A stretch of 63,871 bases of DNA, filler included, from Octopus bimaculoides (lineage: Eukaryota), in assembly GCF_001194135.2 (NCBI RefSeq). It is 7 parts of 7 records of this genome, joined end to end, with 100 filler letters (N's around TTAATTAATTAA, not from the genome) between each part and the next. Parts side by side here need not be neighbours in the genome. Positions count along the whole stretch, not along the records: positions 24,918 to 37,948 come from NC_068991.1; positions 38,049 to 47,637 come from NC_068986.1; positions 47,738 to 53,037 come from NC_069010.1; 4 more parts are not named here. One strand, 5' to 3'. The translations under genes and the position numbers were made by a program. The notes beneath the pieces were generated by a model that was given only the letters and a program-made list of their open reading frames with translations, had not been told where the DNA came from and searched no databases. Positions 34,970 to 49,312 of the stretch are shown here, piece by piece (within the stretch, counting starts at the first letter, position 1; every line of letters starts with the position of its first letter).

Positions 34970-36160
34970 ATCATATGCTTTCACTGCACTACCGAGCGCA
35001 GCTCTGTGTGCTTTGGGTATGTGCCGGGGTTTGTTGTGATGCTCTTATTTTTACTGTATTGAAAGTGTTTTACGTAGGATGTGTGCGGTGCTGAGTAGTG
35101 CTATTTTCTGTTTGTTATATATATACTTGTTAGTCTTGGTGTCTTTGCTATGTATATGTCTGAATATTTTTTATCATAGCTAATGCGCCTACTATGATAG
35201 GAATTGTTTCTGTTTTTAGACTCAACATTCGAGTTACCTCTATTTCCAGATCTTTGTAATTGGAAAGTTTCTCCATTTCTTTTAGGGAAACACTGTCATC
35301 TGTTGGTATTGATACATCGATTAGAAAGTTTTTTTTTCTCTTGGTGATCTCTGACAATTATATTCGGCCTAATGGCCTTAATTTCTCTATCTGTGTATAT
35401 TGGCATATCTCAGAGTATGATTGCTTTCTCATTTTCTGTGACCTTTTCTGGCGTGTGCTTATACCATCTTTTTTCTGTTGTTATTCCATAGTGTTGGCAT
35501 AGCTTCCAGTGTAAATAGGATCCAACTCTGTCATGTCTGTGAATATATTCCTTCTTAGTCAGGACAGGGCAGCCAGAGACTATGATTTATTGTTTCTTCT
35601 CTATCTTCACATATTCTTTTCATTACATGTTTTTGGTAATTTCTGGTGGGGAGGCTTTGGTCTTGTGCTGCAGTTAAAAATCCTTCAGTCTCTGCTTTGA
35701 GTCGTGAGCTTCTCAGCCATTGTTGCGATTTTGCTTTGTCTATTTCTTTTCTCTTTAGTTTAACCCAGTATTTGCCATGAAGGGGCTTTTCTTGTCATCG
35801 TTTTATCATTATCCGTTGTTGTTCCAGTTTTAGTTTGGATTTCAGTTGTTTTACAGCTTTCGTTGTTTCTTCTTTTTCTTCATAGTTGTTAGGTACTATG
35901 ACTTCTTTATTTCTTTTTTGTATTTGTCAGCTTCCTAAAAGAATGAAAATAGTTTTTTTTGTTTTTTTGTTTTGTTCGTCTTTTGTGATTATTTGTATTA
36001 GTTTTCCTTGCTTCTGAAGTAGGTATTTCTGTAGTCCTACAGTGTTATTCTCTAATAGTTTTCTAGCTGTATAAGGCCTCTACCACCTTCGATACGTTGT
36101 ATGTATAGCCTTTCTATGTCAGATTTTGGGTGGTGCATCTTAAATCCTGTCATTATTTCT
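34970..36160 (-). mobile_element. R4/Dong-like RLE LINE, 5'-truncated fragment I
   Basis: FKMHHPKSDIERLY..R.EGGRGL at about 36080-36140; FLIDVSIPTDD..SLKEMEKLSNYKDLEIEV..TIPIIVGAL; distinct 3' tail shared with the copy at 30095-30390. Confidence 0.85.
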
Positions 36161-36798
36161 CTTGCTATATTATTATTATTATTGTTGTGTTGCTGTTGTT
36201 GTTGTTAATTTCATATACACACAACAGATTAGACCGTTGGAGAAGAAAACCTCCTAGCATCGAGCTACAACAAGTAACCTTAGATGCCAAGAACCCTCCT
36301 AAGTATCCTAACTATCCCTAATGACACTTTTCTGGAGCAATACTAAACTGGGTTTTATGCCTATTTCCTCTACCCATCAGTTCAGATCTTTAGGAATACC
36401 ATCGATTGAGAATTTTGAAAGAAGTTTCTATGAAACTAGTTCTTAAACATCAAAAGCCTATTTTACTCTGCCCACCAAGAGTAAAATAGTAATTAACGAG
36501 GGCCATGGGTAGAAAATTTGTTGAGAACTACTGCGTGTGTTCCATATTTATTTATTTATTTATTTATACATATANNNNNNNNNNNNNNNNNNNNNNNNNN
36601 NNNNNNNNNNNNNNNNNNNNNNNNNNNNNNNNNNNNNNNNNNNNNNNNNNNNNNNNNNNNNNNNNNNNNNNNNNNNNNNNNNNNNNNNNNNNNNNNNNNN
36701 NNNNNNNNNNNNNNNNNNNNNNNNNNNNNNNNNNNNNNNNNNNNNNNNNNNNNNNNNNNNNNNNNNNNNNNNNNNNNNNNNNNNNNNNNNNNNNNNNN

Positions 36799-36832
<34 letters not shown>

Positions 36833-36955
36833 TATCTACATGTATACATATATATATTTATATTTATATATGATATAAGTATTATATATATATATATATA
36901 TATATCATGCATACATACATACATGTGTGTATATATATACGTGTGTGTTTGTATG

Positions 36956-37004
<49 letters not shown>

Positions 37005-37607
37005 CCATATATACGTGCGCGTGTGTGTGTGTGTGTGTGTGTGTGTTTCGTTGATGTATATGGAGATATGTAATCTCAATGTTCTGTTAGATGCTCAAAG
37101 TTAGTTTCAACATTTCGGATACACATTATGTAACACGTCTCTGTTAAACATTTCCTGAACACATCAAAATATTGACACGTTCCTTGTAAAACACGACTTA
37201 TTCACGCATCTGTGAAACAGGTGATCTCAAGCATAAGCATTCACACACACTCAAAGTCACTCTCACTCACACATGCATACCTACACACACACACACAGCT
37301 CAAACATACACACATACACAGTACACACACGCATGTCATCTCACACAGCCTGGAAAGAAATTTGCACTCTGGTTGAAGTCGACGTCCACGAGTGATGTTA
37401 TTTGGCTGCTTTCAAGCCTGATATTGTATGTATTATGTTCCTTCATTTCTCGCAAATTAGCAATTCTTCAAGAAAAAATAACTAGCAGTCTGAAAGATGT
37501 ATTGGTGTCGATATCACGGACCAAACTGCTGAAGTCAGTGCTTCGCACGCGCGCACACGTACGCACATGCATTCATGCATTCACATATATGTACACACAT
37601 ATACTCT

Positions 37608-37810
37608 TTTACTCTTTTACTTGTTTTAGTCATTTGACTGTGGCCATGCTGGAGCACCACCTTCAGTCGATCAAATTGACCCCCAGGACTTATTCTTTGT
37701 AAGCCTGTTACTTATTCTATCGATCCCTTTTGCCGAACCGCTATGTTACGGGGACGTAAACACACCAGCATCGGTTGTCAAGAGATGTTGGAGGGACAAA
37801 CACAGACACC
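37608..37810 (-). mobile_element. Family-A SINE 3' half
   Basis: tacttgttt.agtcatttgactg.ggccatgctggagcacc...gccgaaccgcta.gttacggggacgtaaacacacc. Confidence 0.8.
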
Positions 37811-38048
37811 GAAACTGTAAGGACATCTGGTAACTTGACTGACAAAAGAAAGCCACGAATGACCCGTCCTTTTTTTCCTGTCCCTTTAATTGTTGTTTTT
37901 CCTGTCCGCTTTTGTATCGTCTATCTGTGCGGATATAGCGGCGTACTTNNNNNNNNNNNNNNNNNNNNNNNNNNNNNNNNNNNNNNNNNNNNTTAATTAA
38001 TTAANNNNNNNNNNNNNNNNNNNNNNNNNNNNNNNNNNNNNNNNNNNN

Positions 38049-38098
<50 letters not shown>

Positions 38099-38101
38099 TA
38101 T

Positions 38102-38139
<38 letters not shown>

Positions 38140-39206
38140 CATACACACTTACAAACACACACAGTATGTGTGTATATTTAAATATTAGTGCCTATTCACT
38201 TCCATTTATATAAATTCTCGTTGTATTTCATAAAAACCCATTTGAAACGATGGTGAAGGCATACATGTTAATGAACTCATAAAAAGGATTACTACAAATA
38301 AAATAAAAATAAAGAAAAGCAACAACAGAATGAGAGCTTGAGACAAATGTCTACACCTCGAAGAATACCTCGGAAAACATTTTGTGAAATATATTAGAGT
38401 TAAAACTGAAATTATTCCCTACTATATGGCACATTTCATAAGGTAGAATTCCACATGTAAACTCTATAATCTTTCTCTCTATTCTCTCTATTCCCAATGA
38501 AATAGTGTCGAATGAGAAATGAAAAAATTACATTCAAGGAATTACATCCTCACTATGATTATTTCCATTTTCATGAAATGTCTCACTTCGGAAAATGTTT
38601 AACTAATAACTCATAGTTTATGTCCTGCTGACGATTTCTAAAAGGAAGGAGAGCCAACAGCTAGAAATGTTAAGAACTTCGTAATATACAATCAAGAACA
38701 AAATTGTGAATTCTATGCGTCATATATCCCGTACTTCCGTAATTTCAGTTTCATATCTCATATTCCAAATCTTGCGTAATGTTATGGTGAAATGATTATC
38801 TCCCTTCTAATAGCTGTGTCCGCTTGAGTATCACATACACACGTGTGCGCACACAAGCAAGCATACAAACGCACAAGCACATACATATTCACATGCAAAT
38901 ACCTGCACAAACACACACCAACGTGATTCAGAAATTCCTTTTGCATATGAATAATACATTAAAATAGAATAAAAAGAATAAGAAACTCAAGAATCAAAGC
39001 TAAGTCGAAAAGTTTCTTAAGTGCAATACAAGATGAAAAACTTACCTCCACGTGAAAAACTAACAAAAACATACAATGAAGTAGACTATATTGAATAATT
39101 GTAAAATATGTCGGAATAAGGAGGAAGCAGTGAAACACAGTGTCTTTTAATTGGCTAGTCTTAACCTATGTACATGTGTGTGTGCGTGCGTGTGTGCGTG
39201 CGCGCG

Positions 39207-39245
<39 letters not shown>

Positions 39246-39661
39246 ACGTGTCACAGGTAGGTTCGGCTTGGCTTTATACCATGCACCTAGAATCACATCT
39301 CTTTATGAACTCATACGCCCTTTGGACTTAACACCCTACTCTTCCTTATAATAGTTTCCAACTTCCATCTCTCACCAAACTCAATCTCCTTTCTCCGTTT
39401 TTCCCCTAATTTTCTCCCTCAATTTATTTTGGACACACATACCCACACTTACATACATAACTTAGACCACCACCACCCACAACGTAACGACACTGGTGCT
39501 TATCTCCGGATTATCTGCTCATTCTTGCTTTATGCTTCTCTAGACATTTTCCTCTATCCGACGACAGGCCATGCTCTTATGCTTCCATCTAAAACTTTCA
39601 CTGAGTGTTAACCTTGTGTACGTCTAATTGAATTTGCTATTATTTTTATTTTTTCAACGTA

Positions 39662-39873
39662 CAGGTGTCAATCCATTCTGTCAACTGAAATAGTAGCGGG
39701 ATCACTGTAAATGGTTTGCTCTGTGGATTTAAAGTATGTTAAATCATTTCGATTGCCTTTTCTTTTTAAGTTCATGAATTAATCTGACGAAAACGGTTTC
39801 TTTACAATGATGAAATGTTTCCATTAATCAATTAAAGGAGTCGTTAGAAACGGTCGTAATGGATTGACACCTG
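39662..39873. mobile_element. 212-bp Tc1/mariner-type MITE
   Basis: Perfect 16-bp TIR caggtgtcaatccatt / aatggattgacacctg with TA at 39660-61 and 39874-75. Confidence 0.8.
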
Positions 39874-39979
39874 TACCCCTACTGTTACCCATTTATACTT
39901 TATTCAGCAGTCTCAGAATCTACCCTTCCTAAATATTATGGACCGTATATCTAATATAATGTACATGTCTGGATAGGCC

Positions 39980-40140
39980 TAGACGTAGCTTTGTGCTCAG
40001 AAGCTTACTTCCTAATCATTTGGTTCCAGGTTCAGCCCCACTGCGTAGCACCTTGGGCAAGTGTCTTCTACTGTATCCTCGGACCAAGTAAAGCCTTGTG
40101 ATTAGATTTGGTAGACAGAACTTGAAAGAAGTTTGTCGTA
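39980..40140 (+). mobile_element. Family-A SINE 5' half
   Basis: ggttccaggttcagccccactgcgtagcaccttgggcaagtgtcttctact. Confidence 0.75.
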
Positions 40141-40172
40141 TAGGTGTGTGTGTGTACGTGCGTGCGTGCGTG

Positions 40173-40237
<65 letters not shown>

Positions 40238-42519
40238 CTACACATACAATACGTCTTACATACATTGGGATGTATGACAATTACAAATTACAAACAGAAA
40301 GAGATGATATAGGCATATACTAGAATATATCTGACAGAAAGACAAAGCGACAATACTATGGAGTTATGTTAATACACAAAGCCTTTGACAGAATTACTAG
40401 TTTCTGCACGCCTGCAATGAAGTAGAACAGGGAGAGGATAACTATAGAGGAATATTTACTCTAACAATATGTGTAGTTTGAACGCCCAGTGTCAGTTAAT
40501 AAAAAAGTTACGCTCAATTTTGCATTATTTTCGGTACAACCCCCACATAACTATCTCTTTATTTAGCTCTTACGCTACACACACACACAGACACACACAC
40601 ACACACACACGCATGCACGCACGCACGCACACATGCACATGATGCACACACATATACACATAAGTGTGTATATACATGTAATGGACATGCCACCGCCTCA
40701 TAATTAGATAGACATAGCGTGCAAATCTTGCTCAATTAGTATTGTACTGCCTTTGGTTGCTGCAAATGTTTCTACAAATGACAATGATGATGATGATGAT
40801 GATGATGATGAGAAGGAGGGGGAGGAGGAAGAGGAGGATGAAGACGACGACGATGGAATTGGTATAGCTGACTTTGTATTGGATATGTGTCCGCGTAAAC
40901 GTGACGTAGAGCATGGGGATTTTGCGACGGTGAGGAGTATGGCGATGATGATGACGATAGTAACGAAAGTGCTGATGAGTGAGAATGCAGAGATGATTTG
41001 ATGATGCTAATGAAAACAATGATAATGGTGATGACTGTTATTTAGGAGGTGGGGGAATCGGACAGCAAGTGAGACCCTGGTATCGTCCAGTAAACGAAGG
41101 AATGACTTCGATGAAGCAACGGCTGTAAATAAATATATAAACCGATAAATAAGTAAATAAAAATATAAATCAAAATGTGAATAAAGAAAAATGACTGACA
41201 TGTTGCCGGTGTAACATTAATGTAGTTTGATCGCTTTTGCGTGTTAAGACTTGAACGGAGCAACGGACATCGTAATAACGACTGCTATATGTCAATTGCC
41301 GACATGTGGTCGCCATTTTTATCGACATTATTGCTTCTGCAACTGCTTGATGATGATGATGATGATGACGATGGTGATGATGATGATGGTGGTGGTGGTG
41401 GTGGTGGCCGTGGCAATGATGCTGATGATGATGATGATTTAGTCCAGTCAGCAGTTGCTTCCGTCACTCCGCTTCCTTAACAGTAACAATAATCTCAGCA
41501 ACAATCGTGATGATGATGATCACTACGATGATGATGAGTAGGCAGAGGAGTATGAGGATACAGAATGATTCTTCTGATGCTGATATCCTTTTATGCCGTT
41601 TCTTGCCATTGATTTTTTTTTTTACCTTGAAGCAAGAGACAAATTGATAAATGAGGGAAGTGGAGTGTCATCAAATGATTTGACACCTTTCTTTTTACTT
41701 CTACTTATCAAGTCCATGAAAAACAACTTGCATGGTGGCTCGACCTGCTAGTAATAACAGCTAAATCTCCACGACGTACGTCTTTAAAATTATGGTAGGA
41801 CACATTGGTAAATGGGGATCTAAATACACCATTTCTGAATAGAAGATGGAATAGACATGACTGGAGGATCTTTGTTCGTTGTTTTGCTTCGCTTTTTACT
41901 GAGTATAAACATCTTCATAGACAGTAGTCTTGCTATAAATAGCAGCAAAATGTTTGAATCAAATTCCGTTATTTAAAAGACTGACATATTAGAAAATGCA
42001 GTTCTAGATACTCTTAAATGAATGGAATGGTCATGGCTTGTGTTTTGATCTCATAGGTGTCATCCAAAATTGAGTTGAGACCAACCAACAACAACAGTAG
42101 TCACAACAGAAGTTGCAACAACTGTTGAGTACTTTATCGGTCTAATAGGAATATAACACGAATTCTTCTCCTGTGGAATTTAGTGTGTGACCTCAAAAGG
42201 TAGAAATTAAATATTTTAAATCCATTTAAATATTCCATCGCTTCTTCTATATCATTAGTTTGACCAGAAACGCTAGAGTGAATGCATTACACTTTTAAAT
42301 TTTACATATTTCATGGCCAAATTCAAATATCATCAAGCCAACTTATCTTTCGATATTCTTGGATAAATAAAATGCATACTGATCATGATATTGATTGTTG
42401 ATATGTATTCAACGTCACAAATTTAGTGGAACCAGTGGTGGGGGCGAAGTATATTCAATTCTTTATTGCCCACAAGAGGCTAAACATAGAGGGGACAAAC
42501 AAGGACAGACAAAGGGTCT

Positions 42520-42685
42520 AAGTCGATTACATCGACCCCAGTGCGTAACTGGTACTTATTTAATCGATCCCGAAAGGATGAAAGGCAAAGTCGACCTCGG
42601 CGGAATTTGAATTCAAAACGTAGCGGAAGACGAAATATTACTAAGCATTTCGTCTGGCGCCCTAACGATTCTACCAGCTCGCCAT
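42520..42685 (-). mobile_element. Family-B SINE
   Basis: gtcgattacatcgaccccagtgcgtaactggtacttatttaatcgatcccgaaaggatgaaaggcaaagtcgacctcggcggaattt. Confidence 0.85.
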
Positions 42686-44359
42686 CTTCGGGGCGAAGTA
42701 TATTATTGACCTTAGTATTTCATTGGTACATATGTCATCCATTGCCAGGAGGATGAAAGGTATGGTTCATCGTAGTAGAATTCGAAACGTAAAAGTTAAA
42801 GCTAAATGCGGCTTAGTAATTTTTTTCTGACGCTGTATTGATCCATCGCACTCGTACCGATAATCATTTAAACATTATGAACATCAATTTAAGACAGCAA
42901 AGAGAGGCAGACTCGTATCTTTCCAGTCAATTTTCTAAAATTCAAAGTTTATTGAAAATTTAAAAATTTGGTACATTAATGTAGTTTTCCAAGTTGAATT
43001 TCTGGGGGTGTGTCACTTTTCCAGAAGAATTTTAAAAAAAGTTAGAGGTTTAAAGTTTGATATTTTTCACCCAGTCAGATAACAGGATTTGGATGCTGTT
43101 ATTTTGTGCTTGACAGCACGTGTTGTCAGCTGAAAAACAAATGAAATTCTGTTTTACGCATGCTATATAACCCCTCGTAACGTTTTTAGAATTTTTAGAA
43201 AATTTTTGCAAATTTGTATTCTGTACATGGAAATTCATACGATTATCCAAAAATAAAACAAAAGATTTTTGTGTGTGATTTAAGGCCTATTTAGCTGCTA
43301 TTTTTAGCACACCTGACAACCACCCAAATGAGTGGAACATACTTGTCAACATGCTTTCTCGCAGACAAAAGACTTATCATACCTGGTCTGTTATTATAGA
43401 AACAGGTATGAATGTATCTGTGGCTTACGATTGCCTAAAATTACCCAAACTTTGCAAACTTTAAAAGCTCGGTTTATGGCGAAAATGAATTTCAAATCAA
43501 TGATTAGCGTATAAAAGCATATCTGTACACCGAATATGAAATCAATTCAATTAGGAAATGGAGAGATTGAAAACTGGAAGCCAAACAGAAAAGATCCACG
43601 GACCCTACTAGGATTAAAACTATGTGTCTATTATTACACGATGTGACAATGCTACCGGTTATATTACACAGCACCAGCCATTCCAACAACTCGAATAAAG
43701 AACCATAAATTCTTTTATTTTGTTTGCACTAATTTTCAGATTTGCAAATCATTTAGCACTAGCAGGATAGGCTATTATACTTATATGCGTCTTCGCGTAT
43801 TAGGTTTCTTTCTCTTATCTATTTCAAAGAGGTATTATGATATCTAATATTATTCACGTTATGAGCCTTGGTAGTTCATTTATTCACCAATGATATATTG
43901 GATTAGAATTAATTCGTCCATTTCCTTCGTCAAACAAACATTTACTCAGCAATTCATTGAAAAAACAAATCGTTATTGCTATTTACCTCAATCTCAACAG
44001 ACACATCGCACATTAAAAAAGAAAAAAAAGAATTCCGAGACACTGTTATACAGAATTGCATTTATCCATTGTCCTTTAAATTCTAAAAACATAAACGGTA
44101 GATTTCGTTAGTTTTCTTGATAGGTCGGGCGTCTGCTTAGACTTAGAGGTTTCTTTACTTCCATCAAAGATGTCTAGCGAGTAGCGAGGTGAGAGTGTGT
44201 CTCGTTACTTATAGAAATGGCGCCTTACACTGAAATTTTGAAAAATGCAAGTGCTCTTATTGATTCCTCTGATCGAGTAGACGTATGATAAAAAAAATTC
44301 CAGCCGTGACCATCCAGTGTGTTTTTTTTTTAATTTCTAATATTTCATTGTTATTTTGT

Positions 44360-45186
<827 letters not shown>

Positions 45187-46982
45187 CTTATGTGTTCCTA
45201 TTTTCTTTAAGATAGAAAGTTGATTTTAAAAATATTTGACTGCTATATCTAGCAGATCGAACGACTACTTTCAGAATACCTACTCTTTGTTGTTATTATT
45301 GTTGACTTTTGTTCCGCAGCCGCTTCTCTTGTTGTTATGTTGCTTACGTTATGTATCGACATGCATCACTAGGCTCGCCTTTATTTCATACATGTTTATT
45401 ACTTCTCTGGCGTCACAGTATAAAGTTGATAATGAAGTGCAAACATACTTAATGCGGCGAACACGACAACTTTAATAAGCAAAGATGACTACTAAAAATC
45501 AAAAAGTAATAACAAAATTACATCCGTGCCAGCGTGTGTAAATGTGCGTGCGAATGTGTGTGTATGCGTATGTGCGTGTGTGCGTGCGTGCTTATGTGTG
45601 TGTATGTGTGTGCGCGCGCGTGTGTGTGTGTGCGTGTGTGTGTGTGTGTTCATACATACATGCACACACATACCCACATTAATGAGTTGAGAAGATAGGT
45701 GGGGATGACAGAAAAGTCTGATCACCAATATGGCGGATAGTGTATAAGAAGGCAACTTTTCGTATATAATTTTGAAAGTGAAAGAGCTTTTGTTCGATCT
45801 ATCCAGAAACATAAGTCATACACTTAGTGAGACCAATTAAGTGAGGGTAGGTGGGGGTCGAATAAAATTCATGGTGGTGTTTGTTGTAGTGCAGCTGTTG
45901 TTATTGCTAATGCTGTTGTTGTTTAGCCCAATGTCAAACTTGATCGGAAGTAATCGTTAGCAAAATCTTTCCAACCGTAATCAACTCTTCCCTTTTGTAT
46001 GTCTATAATTTTCCAATCTGACCTTTCTTAAAGAAAAAAGACAATACGGCTTGATTTCAAAGAATTTGGTTGCTATTTTTAACTATTCATCCGATTCCGT
46101 AAAGGCTCACTTGTGAGGCATGAGCGTATAAATGAACTCTAAAAGCAGTTAGCGCTGTTTATGTTTCTAATCTCATCCACAGCGTTAAACCCAACAATAT
46201 TAAACGAATACAAGTAAGTACCGTTGATGGGTTGCAAAAAATACCATGCTAGTATTTATGTATTTATTCCGTACTTTTACAATTTCAGTTCAAGTTCCAC
46301 TGAGATCTCAGGGTCAATAAAATACCAGTTAAGTATTTAGGTCAGGCTCAAGTTAATTCACCGACATTGATCACTCAGGAGTTTCTTTATGCTAGTGACT
46401 GCAACTAAACAAATTGGGGCGAAATCTTCGAATTACTTCCAAATTGAGGTCGAAGAAGAATGAAAACTCAAACAGTTGCAGTGAGAGACAGCGGCTTACA
46501 GGAATGATTAAAACTTTAAAAGGCATTGTATCCAATATATTTAGATAGAACACTTGACTGCATTTTTAGCAAGTCAACTGACCACGGAATAGATCGAATG
46601 TGCGATATCGTAGTGAACATGACATTTTAGAGTTAATAGAAGCGTTCATTATAAACATTGCATGAGTGGCTACAATTGCAAGAAAATAATCCTCCTGGAG
46701 GTCAGCTGTAAGGTTTGGAAAAGTATACAGTTCTTTCGGGAGGTTTTTATTTCACATCTGGACATTCTTTGGATTTATAATATTTGACAATGGTTCTTGG
46801 TAAAATAACAAAGAGAAAATTCTATGCAGATTACAAATGTTTAAAATTACTTAACTTCATTTAGTGAATTTTGATGCATTTGTAAGTTTATTGTTATATC
46901 TGTCTATTTAACTGGTTAGCTATCTAGATGTACAATTGACATTTTGTCTATTTATTTCACTTTCGACGTATTTACATAAGCA

Positions 46983-47022
<40 letters not shown>

Positions 47023-47333
47023 TACACACACACACACACACACAAACATACATACACACAAACATACATGCATACACACAAACACATGCATACACACAAA
47101 CATGCATACATACGAATATATAAATATAGAGTTTGGATAAAAACTATCTTACGCTTTGTTTCATTTGACGGATTCATCATTAATTATTTATGAATAACCC
47201 TAACAATCTCTTTTTTCATTATATAAAACCTATACGCCTCTTCAAATAATCTATAAATGCACATACATATGTGTGCGTGTGTGTTTTCTGTGTAAATAAA
47301 TAGATAGATAGATATAGATATAAATATATAGAT

Positions 47334-47637
47334 AGGTGCAGGAGTGGCTGTGTGGTAAGTAGCTTGCTTACCAACCACATGGTTTCGGGTTCAGTCCCAC
47401 TGCGTGGCACCTTGGGCAAGTGTCTTCTACTATAGCCGACCAAAGCCTTGTGAGTGGATTTTGGTAGACAGAAACTGAAAGAAGCCCGTCGTATATATGT
47501 ATATATATATGTATGTGTGTGTATATGTTTGTATGTCTGTGTTTGTCCCCTCAACATCGCTTGGCAACCGATAGTGGTGTGTTTACGTCCCCGTAAACTA
47601 GCGGTTCGGCAAAAGTGACCGATAGAATAACTACTAG
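47334..47637 (+). mobile_element. Family-A composite SINE, cut by scaffold spacer
   Basis: aggtgcaggagtggctgtgtggtaagtagcttgc... through ...gttcggcaaaagtgaccgatagaataa. Confidence 0.85.
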
Positions 47638-47737
47638 NNNNNNNNNNNNNNNNNNNNNNNNNNNNNNNNNNNNNNNNNNNNTTAATTAATTAANNNNNNN
47701 NNNNNNNNNNNNNNNNNNNNNNNNNNNNNNNNNNNNN

Positions 47738-47849
47738 GAAAGAAAGGAAAGAAAGAAAGGAAGAAAAATAGGAGGAAAAGAAGGAATGAAAGAAGAGAGG
47801 TGGGAAGGGAAAAAATTAACGTAAGTCTGTATTAACATGAAATAAGAGC

Positions 47850-47886
<37 letters not shown>

Positions 47887-48096
47887 GTAGAAAGAAAGGT
47901 AGAAAGAAAGGTAGAAAGAAAGGTAGAAAGAACGGAAGAAAGAAAGAAAGAAAGGTAGAAAGAAAGAAAGAAAGAAAGAAAGGTAGAAAGAAAGGAAGAA
48001 AGGTAGAAAGAAAGGAAAGAAAGGAAGAAAGAAAGAAAGAAAGAAAGGAAGGAAGAAAGAAAGAAAGAAAGGTAGAAATAAATAAATAAATAAATA

Positions 48097-48127
<31 letters not shown>

Positions 48128-48303
48128 GAAGAAAGAAAGAAAGAAAGATAGAAAGATAGGTAGAAAGAAAGGTAGAAAGAAAGGTAGAAAGAAAGAAAGA
48201 ATGAAAGAATGAATGATAGAAAGAAAGAAAGAAAGAAAGAAAGAAAGGAAAGAAAGGAAAGAAAGGAAGAAAGAAAGAAAGAAAGAAAGGAAGAAAGAAA
48301 GGT

Positions 48304-48334
<31 letters not shown>

Positions 48335-48575
48335 CAGAAAGAAAGGAAGAAAGAAAGAAAGAAAGATAGAAAGAAAGAAAGATAGAAAGAAAGAAAGAAA
48401 AAGGTAGAAAGATAGAAAGAAAGAAAGAAAAAGGTAGAAAGAAAGGAAGAAAGAAAGAAAGAAAGATAAGAGGAAAAGAAGGAATGAAAGAAGAGAGGAG
48501 GGAAGGAAAAACATTAACGTAAGTCTGTATTAGCATGAAATGAGAGCGGAAGAAAGAAAGAAAGAAAGGTAGAAA

Positions 48576-48632
<57 letters not shown>

Positions 48633-48650
48633 GAAGAAAGAAAGACATGT

Positions 48651-48684
<34 letters not shown>

Positions 48685-48749
48685 GTAGAAAGAAAGAAAG
48701 GTAGAAAGAAAGGTAAAAAGAAAGAAAGAAAGGCAGAAAGAAAGAATGA

Positions 48750-48784
<35 letters not shown>

Positions 48785-48806
48785 GAAGAAAGAAAGGTAG
48801 AAAAAA

Positions 48807-48841
<35 letters not shown>

Positions 48842-48992
48842 GCAGGAAGAAAAATAAAATGAGTGGTAGAAAGAAAAAAGAAAGAAAAGAAAGAAAGAAA
48901 GAAAGGAAGGAAGAAAGAAAGAAAGAAAAAAAGAATTAAAAAAAATAAAAAAGAAAGAAAGACAGAAAGGTAGAAAGAAAGGTAGAAAGAAC

Positions 48993-49030
<38 letters not shown>

Positions 49031-49063
49031 AATAAAGAACGGTAGAATGAAAGGAAGAAAGGT

Positions 49064-49094
<31 letters not shown>

Positions 49095-49118
49095 AAGAAA
49101 CAAGCAAACAAACAAACA

Positions 49119-49149
<31 letters not shown>

Positions 49150-49240
49150 AAAAAATAAAGGAAGGAAGAAAGAAAGAAAAAAGAATGAAAAAAGAAAGAA
49201 AGACAGAAAGTAAAGGGAAACAAAAAAGAAAGAAAGAATG
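47738..49240 (+). repeat. (GAAA)n/GGTAGAAAGA purine satellite with a 698-bp higher-order duplication
   Basis: Unique spacer aacgtaagtctgtatta(a/g)catgaaat at 47818 and 48516. Confidence 0.9.
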
Positions 49241-49278
49241 TGAAAGGCGACGTAATTCTGTAAAAATGATGAGATGAA

Positions 49279-49312
<34 letters not shown>

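Noticed and set aside
39040-39130. Minus-strand GAG|GTAAGT donor as first exon of a ZNF gene
   Set aside because: Single motif with no supporting promoter signature, separated from the ZNF genes by two synthetic joins.
40753-41480. Acidic poly-D/E and poly-G ORFs
   Set aside because: Translations of (GAT)n, (GAG)n and (GGT)n trinucleotide tracts with no flanking coding signal.
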